A stretch of 48,453 bases of DNA, taken from Deltaproteobacteria bacterium UBA2221 (GTDB lineage Bacteria > Desulfobacterota > Syntrophorhabdia > Syntrophorhabdales > WCHB1-27). Below, in pieces: positions 18,872-28,100 of this stretch; the stretch's first letter is position 1; each line of letters starts with the position of its first letter. The DNA lies in contig DCUF01000009.1 in assembly GCA_002328485.1 (NCBI GenBank), positions 1 through 48,453 of the forward strand, given 5' to 3'. The position numbers and the translations under genes are program-made. The notes under the pieces are model-generated. The model saw only the letters and a program-made list of their open reading frames with translations, had not been told where the DNA came from and did no database searches.

Positions 18872-19821
18872 AGAAGTTGACGATTTTACTGATTATTCTT
18901 ACGCTGGTGTCCTTTGGTGCGGCCGGCTGTAAAGAGGGCCGACAGCACGACAACGAAAAACGGCGACTGAGGATCGTGACAACCCTCTTTCCGCTTTTTG
19001 ACTTTGCCGGCAAGGTTGGTGGCGAAAGGGTTGAGGTCGTCCTCCTTCTGCCTCCCGGCGTAGAACCCCATGACTTCGAGCCAAAACCGAAAGATGTTGT
19101 TACCATACAGAAAGCGGATCTCTTCGTATATACGGGCAGGGCAATGGAACCCTGGGTCCAAACGATCCTGAAGAGCATCGATTCAAAGGACCTCGTCGTT
19201 GTGGACACAAGCAAAGGAATAACCTTACGGTCGGCCGACGAGGATCATGATGGACACCGGCATGGCGGCAAGGGTCACGGGCCTGACATGAATTCTGATC
19301 CCCATATCTGGCTCGATTTCGGCAATGCCCAGGCGATGGTCGGAACTATTGCAGAGGAGCTCAGTAAAAGGGACCCGAAGGCGTCGGACTACTACGCCCG
19401 AAATGCTTCAGCCTACATAGATCAGCTTCGCAAACTGGATGAAGCATATCGTACAGGCCTGGCCGGGTGCAAAACCAGGTTCTTTCTGCATGGGGGTCAT
19501 TACGCCTTCAACTATCTGGCACAGCGATATGGCCTCACCTACGTTTCCCTGCGTGGCGTGTCGCCCAATGCCGAGCCATCGCCAGCCCATCTGGTGGGTA
19601 TGGTCAACAAAATGAAACAGTATCAAGTGAGCCACATATTTTACGAAGAACTGGCCAGCCCCCGGCTGGCGGAGACCATTGCAAGAGAAACGGGTGCGAA
19701 TCTTCTCCCGTTAAGCCCAGGCCATAACGTCACCACAGAACAGATGGAACAGCGTGTCTCCTTCATCGACATCATGAAGACCAACCTTACCATGCTTCAA
19801 AAGGGGCTACAATGCAAGTAG
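18868..19821 (+). CDS. znuA: zinc ABC transporter substrate-binding lipoprotein
   Basis: Lipobox AAGC, EPHDFEP, His-rich loop DEDHDGHRHGGKGHG, DPHIWLD. Confidence 0.9.
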   Translation: MKKLTILLIILTLVSFGAAGCKEGRQHDNEKRRLRIVTTLFPLFDFAGKVGGERVEVVLLLPPGVEPHDFEPKPKDVVTIQKADLFVYTGRAMEPWVQTILKSIDSKDLVVVDTSKGITLRSADEDHDGHRHGGKGHGPDMNSDPHIWLDFGNAQAMVGTIAEELSKRDPKASDYYARNASAYIDQLRKLDEAYRTGLAGCKTRFFLHGGHYAFNYLAQRYGLTYVSLRGVSPNAEPSPAHLVGMVNKMKQYQVSHIFYEELASPRLAETIARETGANLLPLSPGHNVTTEQMEQRVSFIDIMKTNLTMLQKGLQCK

Positions 19822-20570
19822 AGGTTCTCTCGGTAGACGGTCTATCGTTTTCCTACAATGGAAAGGAGGTTCTCCATCAGATATCGTTCCAGGTCGCAAC
19901 TGGTGACTTCGTTGGGTTGGTTGGGCCTAACGGGTCCGGGAAGAGCACCCTCATCAAGAACCTTCTCGGCATACTGATGCCTCAGACGGGCACGATAACC
20001 CTTTTTGGCACGGATATAACGCGCTTTCATGAATGGCATCGAATCGGATATCTGCCTCAGAAACTCAATTTGAGCACTCAGTTCTTCCCGGCTACCGTGT
20101 CAGAGATCGTGGCCCTGGGCCTTATCGCCCGTGGGAAAAGGGAGAAATCTCGCTCGGCGGAAGACAAGGCGATAACAAAGGCCCTCGATTTGTTGGATAT
20201 CCTGCCCATAAAACAAAAGCTGATCGGTGAGCTTTCGGGAGGGCAACAGCAGCGAGTGCTCCTTGCAAGGGCCCTGGTAGGAAACCCGGAGATGCTCATC
20301 CTCGACGAACCAACGAGCGCTATAGACCCAGAGACCAGGGAGCGTTTTTATGCCGTCCTTCGGGAACTCAATACGGAACGGAATCTAACGATTATGCTCA
20401 TTACCCATGACATCGGGAATATCGGCCGTTACGCGAAGAAACTCCTGTACCTTGACAGAAAGATCGTATTTTACGGCGGTTTTGATGATTTCTGCGGTTC
20501 ATCGGACATGTCGGAGTTCTTCGGGCCCTCCTCTCAGCATATCATCTGCCATCGCCATGACACGACATAG
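19812..20570 (+). CDS. znuC: zinc ABC transporter ATP-binding protein
   Basis: GPNGSGKST, LSGGQQQR, DEPT, C-terminal HIICHRH. Confidence 0.9.
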   Translation: MQVEVLSVDGLSFSYNGKEVLHQISFQVATGDFVGLVGPNGSGKSTLIKNLLGILMPQTGTITLFGTDITRFHEWHRIGYLPQKLNLSTQFFPATVSEIVALGLIARGKREKSRSAEDKAITKALDLLDILPIKQKLIGELSGGQQQRVLLARALVGNPEMLILDEPTSAIDPETRERFYAVLRELNTERNLTIMLITHDIGNIGRYAKKLLYLDRKIVFYGGFDDFCGSSDMSEFFGPSSQHIICHRHDTT

Positions 20571-20594
20571 ACCCTGAGGATAACCAGGTCAACA

Positions 20595-21413
20595 ATGGAA
20601 ATACTGCAATTTCTACAATACGCATTCATTCAACGGGCACTGGTCGCCGGATGTTTTATCGCCCTTCTCTGCGCCACCCTCGGTGTGCTGCTGGTCCTGC
20701 GTCGCCTGTCTCTTATCGGGGACGGGCTTGCCCACGTCACGTTCGGCACCGCCGCACTGGGCTTGTTCCTAAAGGTTCAGCCGATTTTCGTATCCGTACC
20801 CCTTGTGGTGCTCTCTTCTCTCGCCATCTTGAAACTGACCGAAAAGGCGAGGATTCATGGCGATGCGGCCATTGGCATGGTATCCGCTTTGGGCATAAGC
20901 GTAGGCGTCCTCCTGGCAAGCCTCGCCACGGGCTTCAACGTCGACCTTTTCAGCTATCTCTTCGGAAACATCCTTGCGGTGACACCGACAGAGGTCGCTA
21001 TATCGATTGCCCTTGCTGTCGCTGTGATCATGGTGATCATCGGCCTGCACAGGCCTCTCCTATCCATATCGTTCGATGAAGAATTTGCCAAGGCATCAGG
21101 CATAAACACAAAAGCAATCAACAACATCGTGGCCGTGTTGGCGAGCGTCACCGTGGTCCTTGCCATGCGTCTCGTGGGCATCATGCTCACATCGGCCCTC
21201 CTCATTCTCCCTGCGGTAAGCGCCATTCAGGTAGCCAGAAGTTTCAAGAACACGATGTTTGTCGCAGCTTGCGTTGCCCTTTTATCGGTCCTTCTCGGGG
21301 TCTTTCTTTCCTTTACATTCAATCTGCCCACAGGGGCCCTCATTGTCCTTCTCAATCTCGGCCTCTTCGGTATTCTGTTCATTGTGGGTAAACAGATTCA
21401 TAGGACGCACTAG
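20595..21413 (+). CDS. znuB: zinc ABC transporter permease
   Basis: RRLSLIGDGLAH, YLFGNIL, SFDEEFAKASG. Confidence 0.9.
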   Translation: MEILQFLQYAFIQRALVAGCFIALLCATLGVLLVLRRLSLIGDGLAHVTFGTAALGLFLKVQPIFVSVPLVVLSSLAILKLTEKARIHGDAAIGMVSALGISVGVLLASLATGFNVDLFSYLFGNILAVTPTEVAISIALAVAVIMVIIGLHRPLLSISFDEEFAKASGINTKAINNIVAVLASVTVVLAMRLVGIMLTSALLILPAVSAIQVARSFKNTMFVAACVALLSVLLGVFLSFTFNLPTGALIVLLNLGLFGILFIVGKQIHRTH

Positions 21414-21475
21414 GGCCGCTCGGGTCCAGGGATGTCAAGGGTAGCTACCCCTGGCAGGCAAAGGGTTAAAAAGAA

Positions 21476-22156
21476 TTACCCCTCGAAGCCCTCCGGGGCA
21501 ACGACAACCGTGTATTCGCCTTTCACCTCAGATGCAAACCCTTCGATCAGATCTTCGACTGGCCCCCGTATGACCTCCTCGTAAAGTTTGGTCATCTCCT
21601 TGGCGATCACCACAAACCGGTTTCCCCATTCATCGCGGATGACCTGAAGAAGGTTTTCCATTCTCCGAGGCGATTCAAGAAATACCACAGGATACGGCGT
21701 CCCCCCCAGGGTGCGGAGAACCGTGCGCCTCTTGCCGGTCTTGAGGGGCAGGAACCCATAAAAGAGAAATTTGTCGGAAGGCACACCGGAGATACACAAG
21801 GCGGCAATCACGGAGGAGGGCCCTGGGGCGGCCAGAACCTCAATGCCTGCCTCGTAGGCTCTTTGGACGATGGTCTTGCCCGGATCCGAGATGCAGGGTG
21901 TTCCGGCCGCGGAAATAAGGGCGCAGAGTTCTCCCTTCTCCATTCTCGCCACAATGCCTCTCGCCTTCTTTTCCTCACTGTAGGTGTTGATCGTCACGAC
22001 TGGCTTCTTTAGACCGAGATGGGCCAGGAGTTTCATGGCCCGGTCTCTGTTCTCTGCGATGATCAGGTCCGATTCCTGCAAAATTTCTATGGCACGGAGC
22101 GTCAAATCCTTAAGATTGCCGATAGGGGTCGCAACGACATACAATCTTCCTTTCAT
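21476..22156 (-). CDS. rsmI: 16S rRNA C1402 2'-O-methyltransferase
   Basis: LYVVATPIGNL, AGTPCISDPG, PGPS, ESPRR, EMTKLYEE, KGE. Confidence 0.92.
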   Translation of the reverse strand: MKGRLYVVATPIGNLKDLTLRAIEILQESDLIIAENRDRAMKLLAHLGLKKPVVTINTYSEEKKARGIVARMEKGELCALISAAGTPCISDPGKTIVQRAYEAGIEVLAAPGPSSVIAALCISGVPSDKFLFYGFLPLKTGKRRTVLRTLGGTPYPVVFLESPRRMENLLQVIRDEWGNRFVVIAKEMTKLYEEVIRGPVEDLIEGFASEVKGEYTVVVAPEGFEG

Positions 22157-22281
22157 GGTTGCCTCTTTGTGCGATAACTAGTATTGGGGCTTGCGTCGCC
22201 CCCTCGCATTTGTCGTTCTTTCCCTATTTTACCATGTTACCGTTTTGCGTCTTCAGCGCTTTCTTCAGGAGGGCAAAAGAC

Positions 22282-22310
22282 TTGACAAGGCGCACCAATT
22301 TTAAGAGAAT
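22282..22310 (+). promoter_or_regulatory. sigma70 promoter before slt
   Basis: TTGACA-17 bp-GAGAAT, with the ATG 7 nt later. Confidence 0.45.
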
Positions 22311-22317
22311 AAGCCTT

Positions 22318-22905
22318 ATGTTTGCCAAGCTGGTTTTTGCGGTTTTCTTTGTTTTTGCCCCCTTTGTCAGCTATGGCGCTATCTACGGATATATCGACGA
22401 CCAAGGCGTGTACCATATGACTAATATACGCCCTCCAAGCAAGGGATATCACATATTGGTCCACGACAGTAGAGTAGCAACGTCATATTCGGTGAAAGGC
22501 GCCTTCAATAGATCCGATTATGATGGGCTCATTCGCGCACATTCCGAAGCCCACGGGATAGATCCGAGTCTGGTCAAGGCTGTTATGATAGCAGAGTCAA
22601 ACGGGAATCCAAATGCAGTTTCAAACAAAGGAGCCAGGGGACTCATGCAGATTATGCCGTCGACCGGCCATCTCCTCGATCTCCAGAATCCCTTCGACCC
22701 AAGCGAGAATATTCAGGCAGGGGCCAAGTACCTCAAACAGTTGCACGAGCTTTTCAAGGGCAACCTGGAATTGGTTCTTGCTGCCTACAATGCCGGGCCA
22801 AACAGGGTCATTCAGAACAACATGGCAGTCCCGGCCATCGATGAGACCGTAAACTACGTCAAACGGGTCAAGTACTTCTATAACCGGTTGAAAAGCTCGC
22901 CATGA
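22318..22905 (+). CDS. SLT-domain lytic transglycosylase with N-terminal DUF4124-like segment
   Basis: Signal peptide, IYGYIDDQGVYHMTN, AESNG, GARGLMQIMP, AAYNAG, ETVNYV. Confidence 0.9.
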   Translation: MFAKLVFAVFFVFAPFVSYGAIYGYIDDQGVYHMTNIRPPSKGYHILVHDSRVATSYSVKGAFNRSDYDGLIRAHSEAHGIDPSLVKAVMIAESNGNPNAVSNKGARGLMQIMPSTGHLLDLQNPFDPSENIQAGAKYLKQLHELFKGNLELVLAAYNAGPNRVIQNNMAVPAIDETVNYVKRVKYFYNRLKSSP

Positions 22906-23471
22906 AGAGTAAAGATGAAACCCCCTCTGTATGGACCTTACCGAATAGGCTAAGTCTCCTGAGAATCCTCTTTATCCCCGTCATCATTGTCCTTATCGCC
23001 ACCGAGGACCACCGCTATCAGCTTATAGCAAGTCTGCTCTTTATCATGGCCGGGATAACTGACGGCCTCGATGGGCTAATAGCCCGGAAGATGAGCATGA
23101 CAAGCAGACTCGGCGTCTACCTCGACCCCATAGCCGATAAACTTCTCATATCCTGCGTTCTTATCGCCCTTTCCTACTACCACATGGTACCACTCTGGAT
23201 TACCCTGGTCCTCGTCAGCCGGGAGATCATCATAAATGGCCTCCGATCTTTCTATGCCACCGAAGGGGTGACCATCTACCCGTCCTTCGCCGGCAAGCTG
23301 AAGACCGCGCTCCAGATTATCGGTATTTCATGCATCTTGTTCAGCACTTCTGGCTTTATCCAGAAAACGGGCCTGATAGTCATCTATGGGGCTCTCGTCT
23401 GTAGCATCTATTCAGCCCTTGGCTACATCTCTGCCATTTTCGGCCCCGTCAAAGAGCATCAAGAACAATAG
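22902..23471 (+). CDS. pgsA: CDP-diacylglycerol--glycerol-3-phosphate 3-phosphatidyltransferase
   Basis: LPNRLSLLR, TDGLDGLIAR...GVYLDPIADK, GKLKT. Confidence 0.9.
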   Translation: MKSKDETPSVWTLPNRLSLLRILFIPVIIVLIATEDHRYQLIASLLFIMAGITDGLDGLIARKMSMTSRLGVYLDPIADKLLISCVLIALSYYHMVPLWITLVLVSREIIINGLRSFYATEGVTIYPSFAGKLKTALQIIGISCILFSTSGFIQKTGLIVIYGALVCSIYSALGYISAIFGPVKEHQEQ

Positions 23472-23509
23472 AAGAGAAGACCGACTTGTCGGACGGACCG
23501 GAGGGGAGG

Positions 23510-24217
23510 ATGTACAAAACCGGCAGGCAGGACACTGTCGAGCAAGACCGTGGGCATCCGCCGAGGAGATGGTGGAGGGCAACCCTGGGGACTGTCTTCC
23601 TCTTGATCCTGGTCACCACGCTGTTCGGCACCATGCTCCTCGATGTTACCGGTAGATTCTTGGCGCCCCGTTTGCCGGGAAGGGCCGATGCAGTGATAAT
23701 CGAAGGGGGAGCAGCTGCTTGCCCAGGGAACCGCAGCCGAGGCGCTCCAGTTCATGAGGGACGGACGTGTTGCTCGACTCGTACTCGTGACCCACAGATA
23801 CCGTGAGACTCAAATGGGGTTTGGCATATCTCGACATTACGAGCAGATTCTGGAAGATGAATTACAGGAACTGGGCTTGAAAAAGGGGCAATACGTCCTG
23901 GTGTCAGTTCCCGTTTCGCATCCCATCACCCTTACAGAAGCTCGGGCGGTTCTCGATGTGTTGTCAAGGGAATCCATCAAGTCGGCCGTACTCCTGTCCA
24001 AAGGATTCCACACCCGGCGCAGCTATCTGCTGTACAGAGATAGAGGCAGAACCCGAGGCATTCATATCATCCCTGGTCGAGCAGCGTGGGTTATCCTTTA
24101 GCAGAATGGTGGCACGATAAGGATGCGCTATCCGACTTCATGGCCCAGTTGGCGAAATTGGGCTACTATCTGCTCCGAGGATACATCCCGCTTTCTTCAA
24201 TGCCGCAAAGCTCCTGA
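23510..24217 (+). pseudogene. YdcF/DUF218-like membrane protein split by two homopolymer frameshifts (pseudogene or sequencing error)
   Basis: Frame 1 gives TM...ADAVIIEG. A shift at the G5 run near 23705 gives QLLAQG...TLTEA...SKGFHTRRS...IHII. A shift at the C run near 24071 gives WSSSVGYPLAEWWHDK...KLGYYLLRGYIP, ending at TGA 24215-24217. Confidence 0.7.
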
Positions 24218-24235
24218 GATCCTCTTTTCCACATC

Positions 24236-25363
24236 CTACTGGCAATCCCTATTCTTTCTCACTTTGCCACATATACCGCAGGAGACACAGGTGCTAGCCC
24301 GACCAGTATCCCGATAGACTCCCACCCTGCCCGTCAGGTTTTTCACCTCCAGGTCCTCGCCGGCACCCTCAATGTACTGATTCTCTATCGGGACCTTTCC
24401 CAAACCGCCCGTTATATCAAGGGCGTAGTGGGGCATGCAAAGACCGGATACCTCCCGCCTCAACTGCCGGATGATGGAAAGGCCGGTGTGCACCTTCACC
24501 TTGAAGTGGGCGGTCCCGGCCACATCATCGAGCTGAAAGAGATAGTAAGGTTTTACACCTGCCTGGATCAGTTGTTCGAACAGCTTTCCAAGAATGCCGG
24601 AACAGTCGTTGACCATTCTTAGCAAGACGGTCTGGCTCAACAGGATGGCCCCTGACTCGCGCAGCAACGTCACGACCTCCAGGAATTCTGGAGTAATCTC
24701 TCTCGGATGGTTTATGTGAACGATGAACCAGATGGGAGAAGCCTTCTTTATTGCCCTGAGATGATCGCGTTCGACACCCATGGGATAGACCACCGGGAGC
24801 CTGCTGCTGATTCTGATCGTTCGAATCCGAGGAATGCCTCTCAGTTTTTCCAGAATATACCCCAGTTCCGACGCCGGGAGCGTCATGGGGTCCCCCCCGG
24901 AAAGTATCACCTCGGTGATCTCACCATCGCCTTCGAGATAATCAAGGGTCTCCTCCCTTGAAAGCTCCGGATCCCATCCCTTCCCCACCATTCTCCGCCT
25001 GTTGCAGAAACGGCAGTACATGGCACATTGACCGCTTACCCAGAAGACACCTCTTTTCGGATAACGCTTTAGGAAAGAAGGGGTTACCTGGATAGATTCC
25101 TCGTCAAGGGGATCGAGGGTGTGCCCGTCGGTCAGTTCGTGAACAGTGGGCAAAGCCTGCAATCCAATTGGGCAAAAAGGGTTGCTCCAATCGATCAGAC
25201 GGGCGTAGAAAGGGGGAATCTTGAAAGGATATCGTCTGGATACGGCGGCAATATCGGCTACATTGACACCGTGAAGGGGAGCGACGAAATCGACCAGTTG
25301 TTGCGGGTGTGACAGAAAAGGGAGGGCCCGCTCAGCACCCTCCCGATTATGCAATTCTATCAC
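24236..25363 (-). CDS. KamA-family radical SAM protein (lysine 2,3-aminomutase-like)
   Basis: CAMYCRFCNR, LSGGDP, HINHPRE, QTVLLR.VND, PYYLFQLD, PLP-lysine motif GGLGK. Start uncertain (GTG overlapping the pal stop). Confidence 0.85.
   Translation of the reverse strand: MIELHNREGAERALPFLSHPQQLVDFVAPLHGVNVADIAAVSRRYPFKIPPFYARLIDWSNPFCPIGLQALPTVHELTDGHTLDPLDEESIQVTPSFLKRYPKRGVFWVSGQCAMYCRFCNRRRMVGKGWDPELSREETLDYLEGDGEITEVILSGGDPMTLPASELGYILEKLRGIPRIRTIRISSRLPVVYPMGVERDHLRAIKKASPIWFIVHINHPREITPEFLEVVTLLRESGAILLSQTVLLRMVNDCSGILGKLFEQLIQAGVKPYYLFQLDDVAGTAHFKVKVHTGLSIIRQLRREVSGLCMPHYALDITGGLGKVPIENQYIEGAGEDLEVKNLTGRVGVYRDTGRASTCVSCGICGKVRKNRDCQ
25316..25344 (-). terminator. intrinsic terminator after pal
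   Basis: Minus strand GGGAGGG...CCCTCCC followed by TTTT. Confidence 0.55.
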
Positions 25364-25905
25364 GGAAGAGGAACGAAGTCGGCTCTCCGGTTTTTCGCCC
25401 ATGCCGCCTCGTTGTGTGCTGGGTCGGCCGGCCGTTCTTTGCCATAACTAATAGTCTCAAGTGCATTGGCATCGACACCAAGGTTCATGAGGTAGGTTTT
25501 TGCTGCGTCTGCTCTCTTCTGCCCCAGAGCGAGGTTGTATTCGACGGTGCCTCTTTCGTCGCAGTGGCCCTCAATTCTTATTTTCTTGTTCGGATTTGCC
25601 TTGAACCACTCAAGGTTTGACCTCAGGATCTCACCATCCGCAGGTCTGATGTTGTATCTGTCGAAATCAAAATAAACAGCATTCAAGGTTATAGCAGGAG
25701 CGACGGGCTGAGGCTGGGCAGGGGCAGTCTCCTCCTTAACTGCGGCTACTTCCGTCTTCTCCTCCATAGCGACAATCTTCTTCTCCTCCGGCGCTTTGGG
25801 GGGTGTTTCTTCACCTTTCATCGCCTGTCTGGCACAACTACACCCGACTAGCGAAAATCCCAAGAGGACAACAAACAGCAGGAGACAAAAAGACCTCATT
25901 TTCAT
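25360..25905 (-). CDS. pal: peptidoglycan-associated lipoprotein (OmpA-C domain)
   Basis: SD GAGGAG, lipobox LVGC, VYFDFD, EGHCDERGTVEYNLALGQKRA, SYGKERP, NRRA. Confidence 0.93.
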   Translation of the reverse strand: MKMRSFCLLLFVVLLGFSLVGCSCARQAMKGEETPPKAPEEKKIVAMEEKTEVAAVKEETAPAQPQPVAPAITLNAVYFDFDRYNIRPADGEILRSNLEWFKANPNKKIRIEGHCDERGTVEYNLALGQKRADAAKTYLMNLGVDANALETISYGKERPADPAHNEAAWAKNRRADFVPLP

Positions 25906-25976
25906 CGTACTCCTCCTCAATAAGTATGCAGGGTATACCCGTGTTTGATGCGGATATACCCTCCATAAGCTCAGAC

Positions 25977-26189
25977 CTATTTTTTCTCTGGTGCTGGTGC
26001 TGGTGCTGGTGCTGGCTCTGGTGCCTTTTCCGGAGCCGGGGCGCCTGCTTCCGGAGCCGCGGGAGGGGTCGGAGCTGGCGTTGCTTCCTCCTTCGCCACT
26101 GGCGGTTCCTCTGTCTTCGGACCGCAACCGACTAAGGCTACGCCTGAAATAAAAGCGATAGCTATAAACAAAACAAACAGCTTCTTCAT
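25977..26189 (-). CDS. small Pro/Ala/Glu-rich lipoprotein
   Basis: SD AAGGAGG, signal peptide with lipobox LVGC, low-complexity tail. Confidence 0.8.
   Translation of the reverse strand: MKKLFVLFIAIAFISGVALVGCGPKTEEPPVAKEEATPAPTPPAAPEAGAPAPEKAPEPAPAPAPAPEKK
25988..26023. repeat. hexamer tandem repeat (CTGGTG)x6, one unit variant
   Basis: Directly visible. It encodes the Pro-Ala repeat of the small lipoprotein. Confidence 0.85.
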
Positions 26190-26276
26190 CTTGTCTTCAC
26201 CTCCTTTCTTTCTTTAGTATTTCAGTTCAGACCTTCCAATGGATATACTATAATATTGCGACCAAGACAAGAGAAA

Positions 26277-27200
26277 TTAAATATTTTTCATCAATACCTG
26301 CTTTCGAATCTCGTCAATATCCCCTCGAAAGCAGGAGGCATAGCCGGAAGTGAGTGTGGATGCGGTTCCGCATGAAACGCCGAGTCCCAAAGCCTCTCGA
26401 AAGTCGGCACCCCCATCGAGGGCAAGGACAAGACCGCCTATGAGAGCATCGCCGGCACCCAGCGAGCTTCTCACGTTCACTTTAGGAGGGACTGCGTGAA
26501 TGCGCTCCTTTTTCGACAGGCCCAGAGCGCCACGAGCCCCCAGAGACACGACAACATATTCCACCCGTTCCAACAAGGGTTCTGTTTCCTCGATAATCTC
26601 CTCAATCTCCCTGACGTTCTTACCCACCAGCCGTGAAAGCTCATGGATATTCGGCTTGATAAGAAAAGGCCCGGCCTCAACGCCCTGTTTTAGCGGCTCA
26701 TTGTCGGCATCCAAAACGATCCGCACGCGCTTTTCCCTGAGAACAGCAATCAACTGGGCCCAAAAGGCCTGGGCGAGGCCTTCGGGAATAGAGCCGACCA
26801 TGACAACGTAACTTTCCGGCGGTATATCTTTTATTCGCGAATAGAAGGCGGTCGTTTCTATGGGGTTTACGGGTGACATGGGGGCGCTCAGCAAGGTCTG
26901 CATCGTCTTTTTTCTCTGGTTAACAACGATGTCCATACGCGTCTCGCCGCTGGTGGGCGTAAAATTGCAGACGATACCCTCGCTCACAACCCGGCCCTCA
27001 ACCTCACGCCCGTTATAGCCTCCAACAAAGCCGAGGGCGACGCTATATCCGCCCAACTCTTTAATGACTCTCGATACGTCTATGCCCTTACCGCCGGCCT
27101 TGCGATTTTCACTTATTACATGGTTCACGTCGTCGTAGATAAATTCCTCTACGTCCAGGGTACGTTCGAGAACGGGGGCGAGGGTTATGGTATATATCAT
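26277..27200 (-). CDS. 1-phosphofructokinase family hexose kinase (PfkB)
   Basis: MIYTITL.P, GGKGIDVSR, IKPNIHEL, VSLGARGA, GAGD. Confidence 0.9.
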   Translation of the reverse strand: MIYTITLAPVLERTLDVEEFIYDDVNHVISENRKAGGKGIDVSRVIKELGGYSVALGFVGGYNGREVEGRVVSEGIVCNFTPTSGETRMDIVVNQRKKTMQTLLSAPMSPVNPIETTAFYSRIKDIPPESYVVMVGSIPEGLAQAFWAQLIAVLREKRVRIVLDADNEPLKQGVEAGPFLIKPNIHELSRLVGKNVREIEEIIEETEPLLERVEYVVVSLGARGALGLSKKERIHAVPPKVNVRSSLGAGDALIGGLVLALDGGADFREALGLGVSCGTASTLTSGYASCFRGDIDEIRKQVLMKNI

Positions 27201-27315
27201 AGGTATTATTCTTAGTGAGGTTTCCTTAATATTAAACAGTGGGAGGTACCAATTCAAGCATAATCGCTTCCCAGCACCACCAGAGGCTTTTCGGCAGTTG
27301 CCCCCTCTTTTCGGA

Positions 27316-27344
27316 ATGACAGTTCGAGGGGACTACCCTATAAT
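27316..27344 (+). promoter_or_regulatory. sigma70 promoter of the lemA operon
   Basis: ATGACA-17 bp-TATAAT. Confidence 0.55.
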
Positions 27345-27381
27345 ATTTTGGACTTGACCGACTGAGAATGCGGAGGTTTTG

Positions 27382-27966
27382 ATGAAAAGGGTCTTATGGT
27401 CTTTGATAGTTCTGAGTTTCATGGGGGTTCTCACCGGCTGTGGCTACAACGAGATGCAGGCCAAAGAAGAGGCAGTGTTTGCCGCGTGGGGGGATGTCGA
27501 AGCCAGCTATCAGCGCAGGGCGGACCTGATACCGAACCTGGTACAGACGGTAAAGGCATATGCCCAGCACGAAAGGGAGACCTTTCAGGCCGTAACCGAG
27601 GCGCGGGCCAAAGTCGGCAGTGTCCAGGTATCGAAAGACATGCTGGACAACCCCCAAGCAGTGCAGCAGTTCCAGCAGGCCCAGTCCCAACTGAGCAGCG
27701 CCCTTTCCCGGCTGTTGGTGGTAGCCGAGCAATATCCGACCCTAAAGGCCAACCAGAACTTTCTGGATCTCCAAAACCAGCTCGAAGGGACAGAAAACCG
27801 GATAAACGTTGCCCGTGTTCGGTATAACAGGGCGACCCAGGAGTTTAACACTAGTATTCGCATCTTCCCCAATTCCATGACCAACAGGTTGCTGCTTCAC
27901 CTCAAGCGGAAGGAGCCGTTCAAGGCCGATGCCGGGGCCTCCACAGCGCCAAAAGTTCAGTTTTAG
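27382..27966 (+). CDS. lemA: LemA family lipoprotein
   Basis: [37 protein letters not shown]. Confidence 0.93.
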   Translation: MKRVLWSLIVLSFMGVLTGCGYNEMQAKEEAVFAAWGDVEASYQRRADLIPNLVQTVKAYAQHERETFQAVTEARAKVGSVQVSKDMLDNPQAVQQFQQAQSQLSSALSRLLVVAEQYPTLKANQNFLDLQNQLEGTENRINVARVRYNRATQEFNTSIRIFPNSMTNRLLLHLKRKEPFKADAGASTAPKVQF

Positions 27967-28100
27967 AAATAGGGGGCTGGGCGGAGACGGTGTTTGATCT
28001 TTGTCGGAAACGGGAGAAGACAGATACAGGAAAGATGCTTTTCGATTCAAAGCCAAAAGCAAACGTGAGACCTCTTCTTCAGCTAAAAAGGCACTCATCG

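Noticed and set aside
25988-26023. Tandem repeat as a CRISPR array or contingency locus
   Set aside because: The unit is an in-frame 6-mer with no spacers and no cas genes; it only encodes a Pro-Ala linker.
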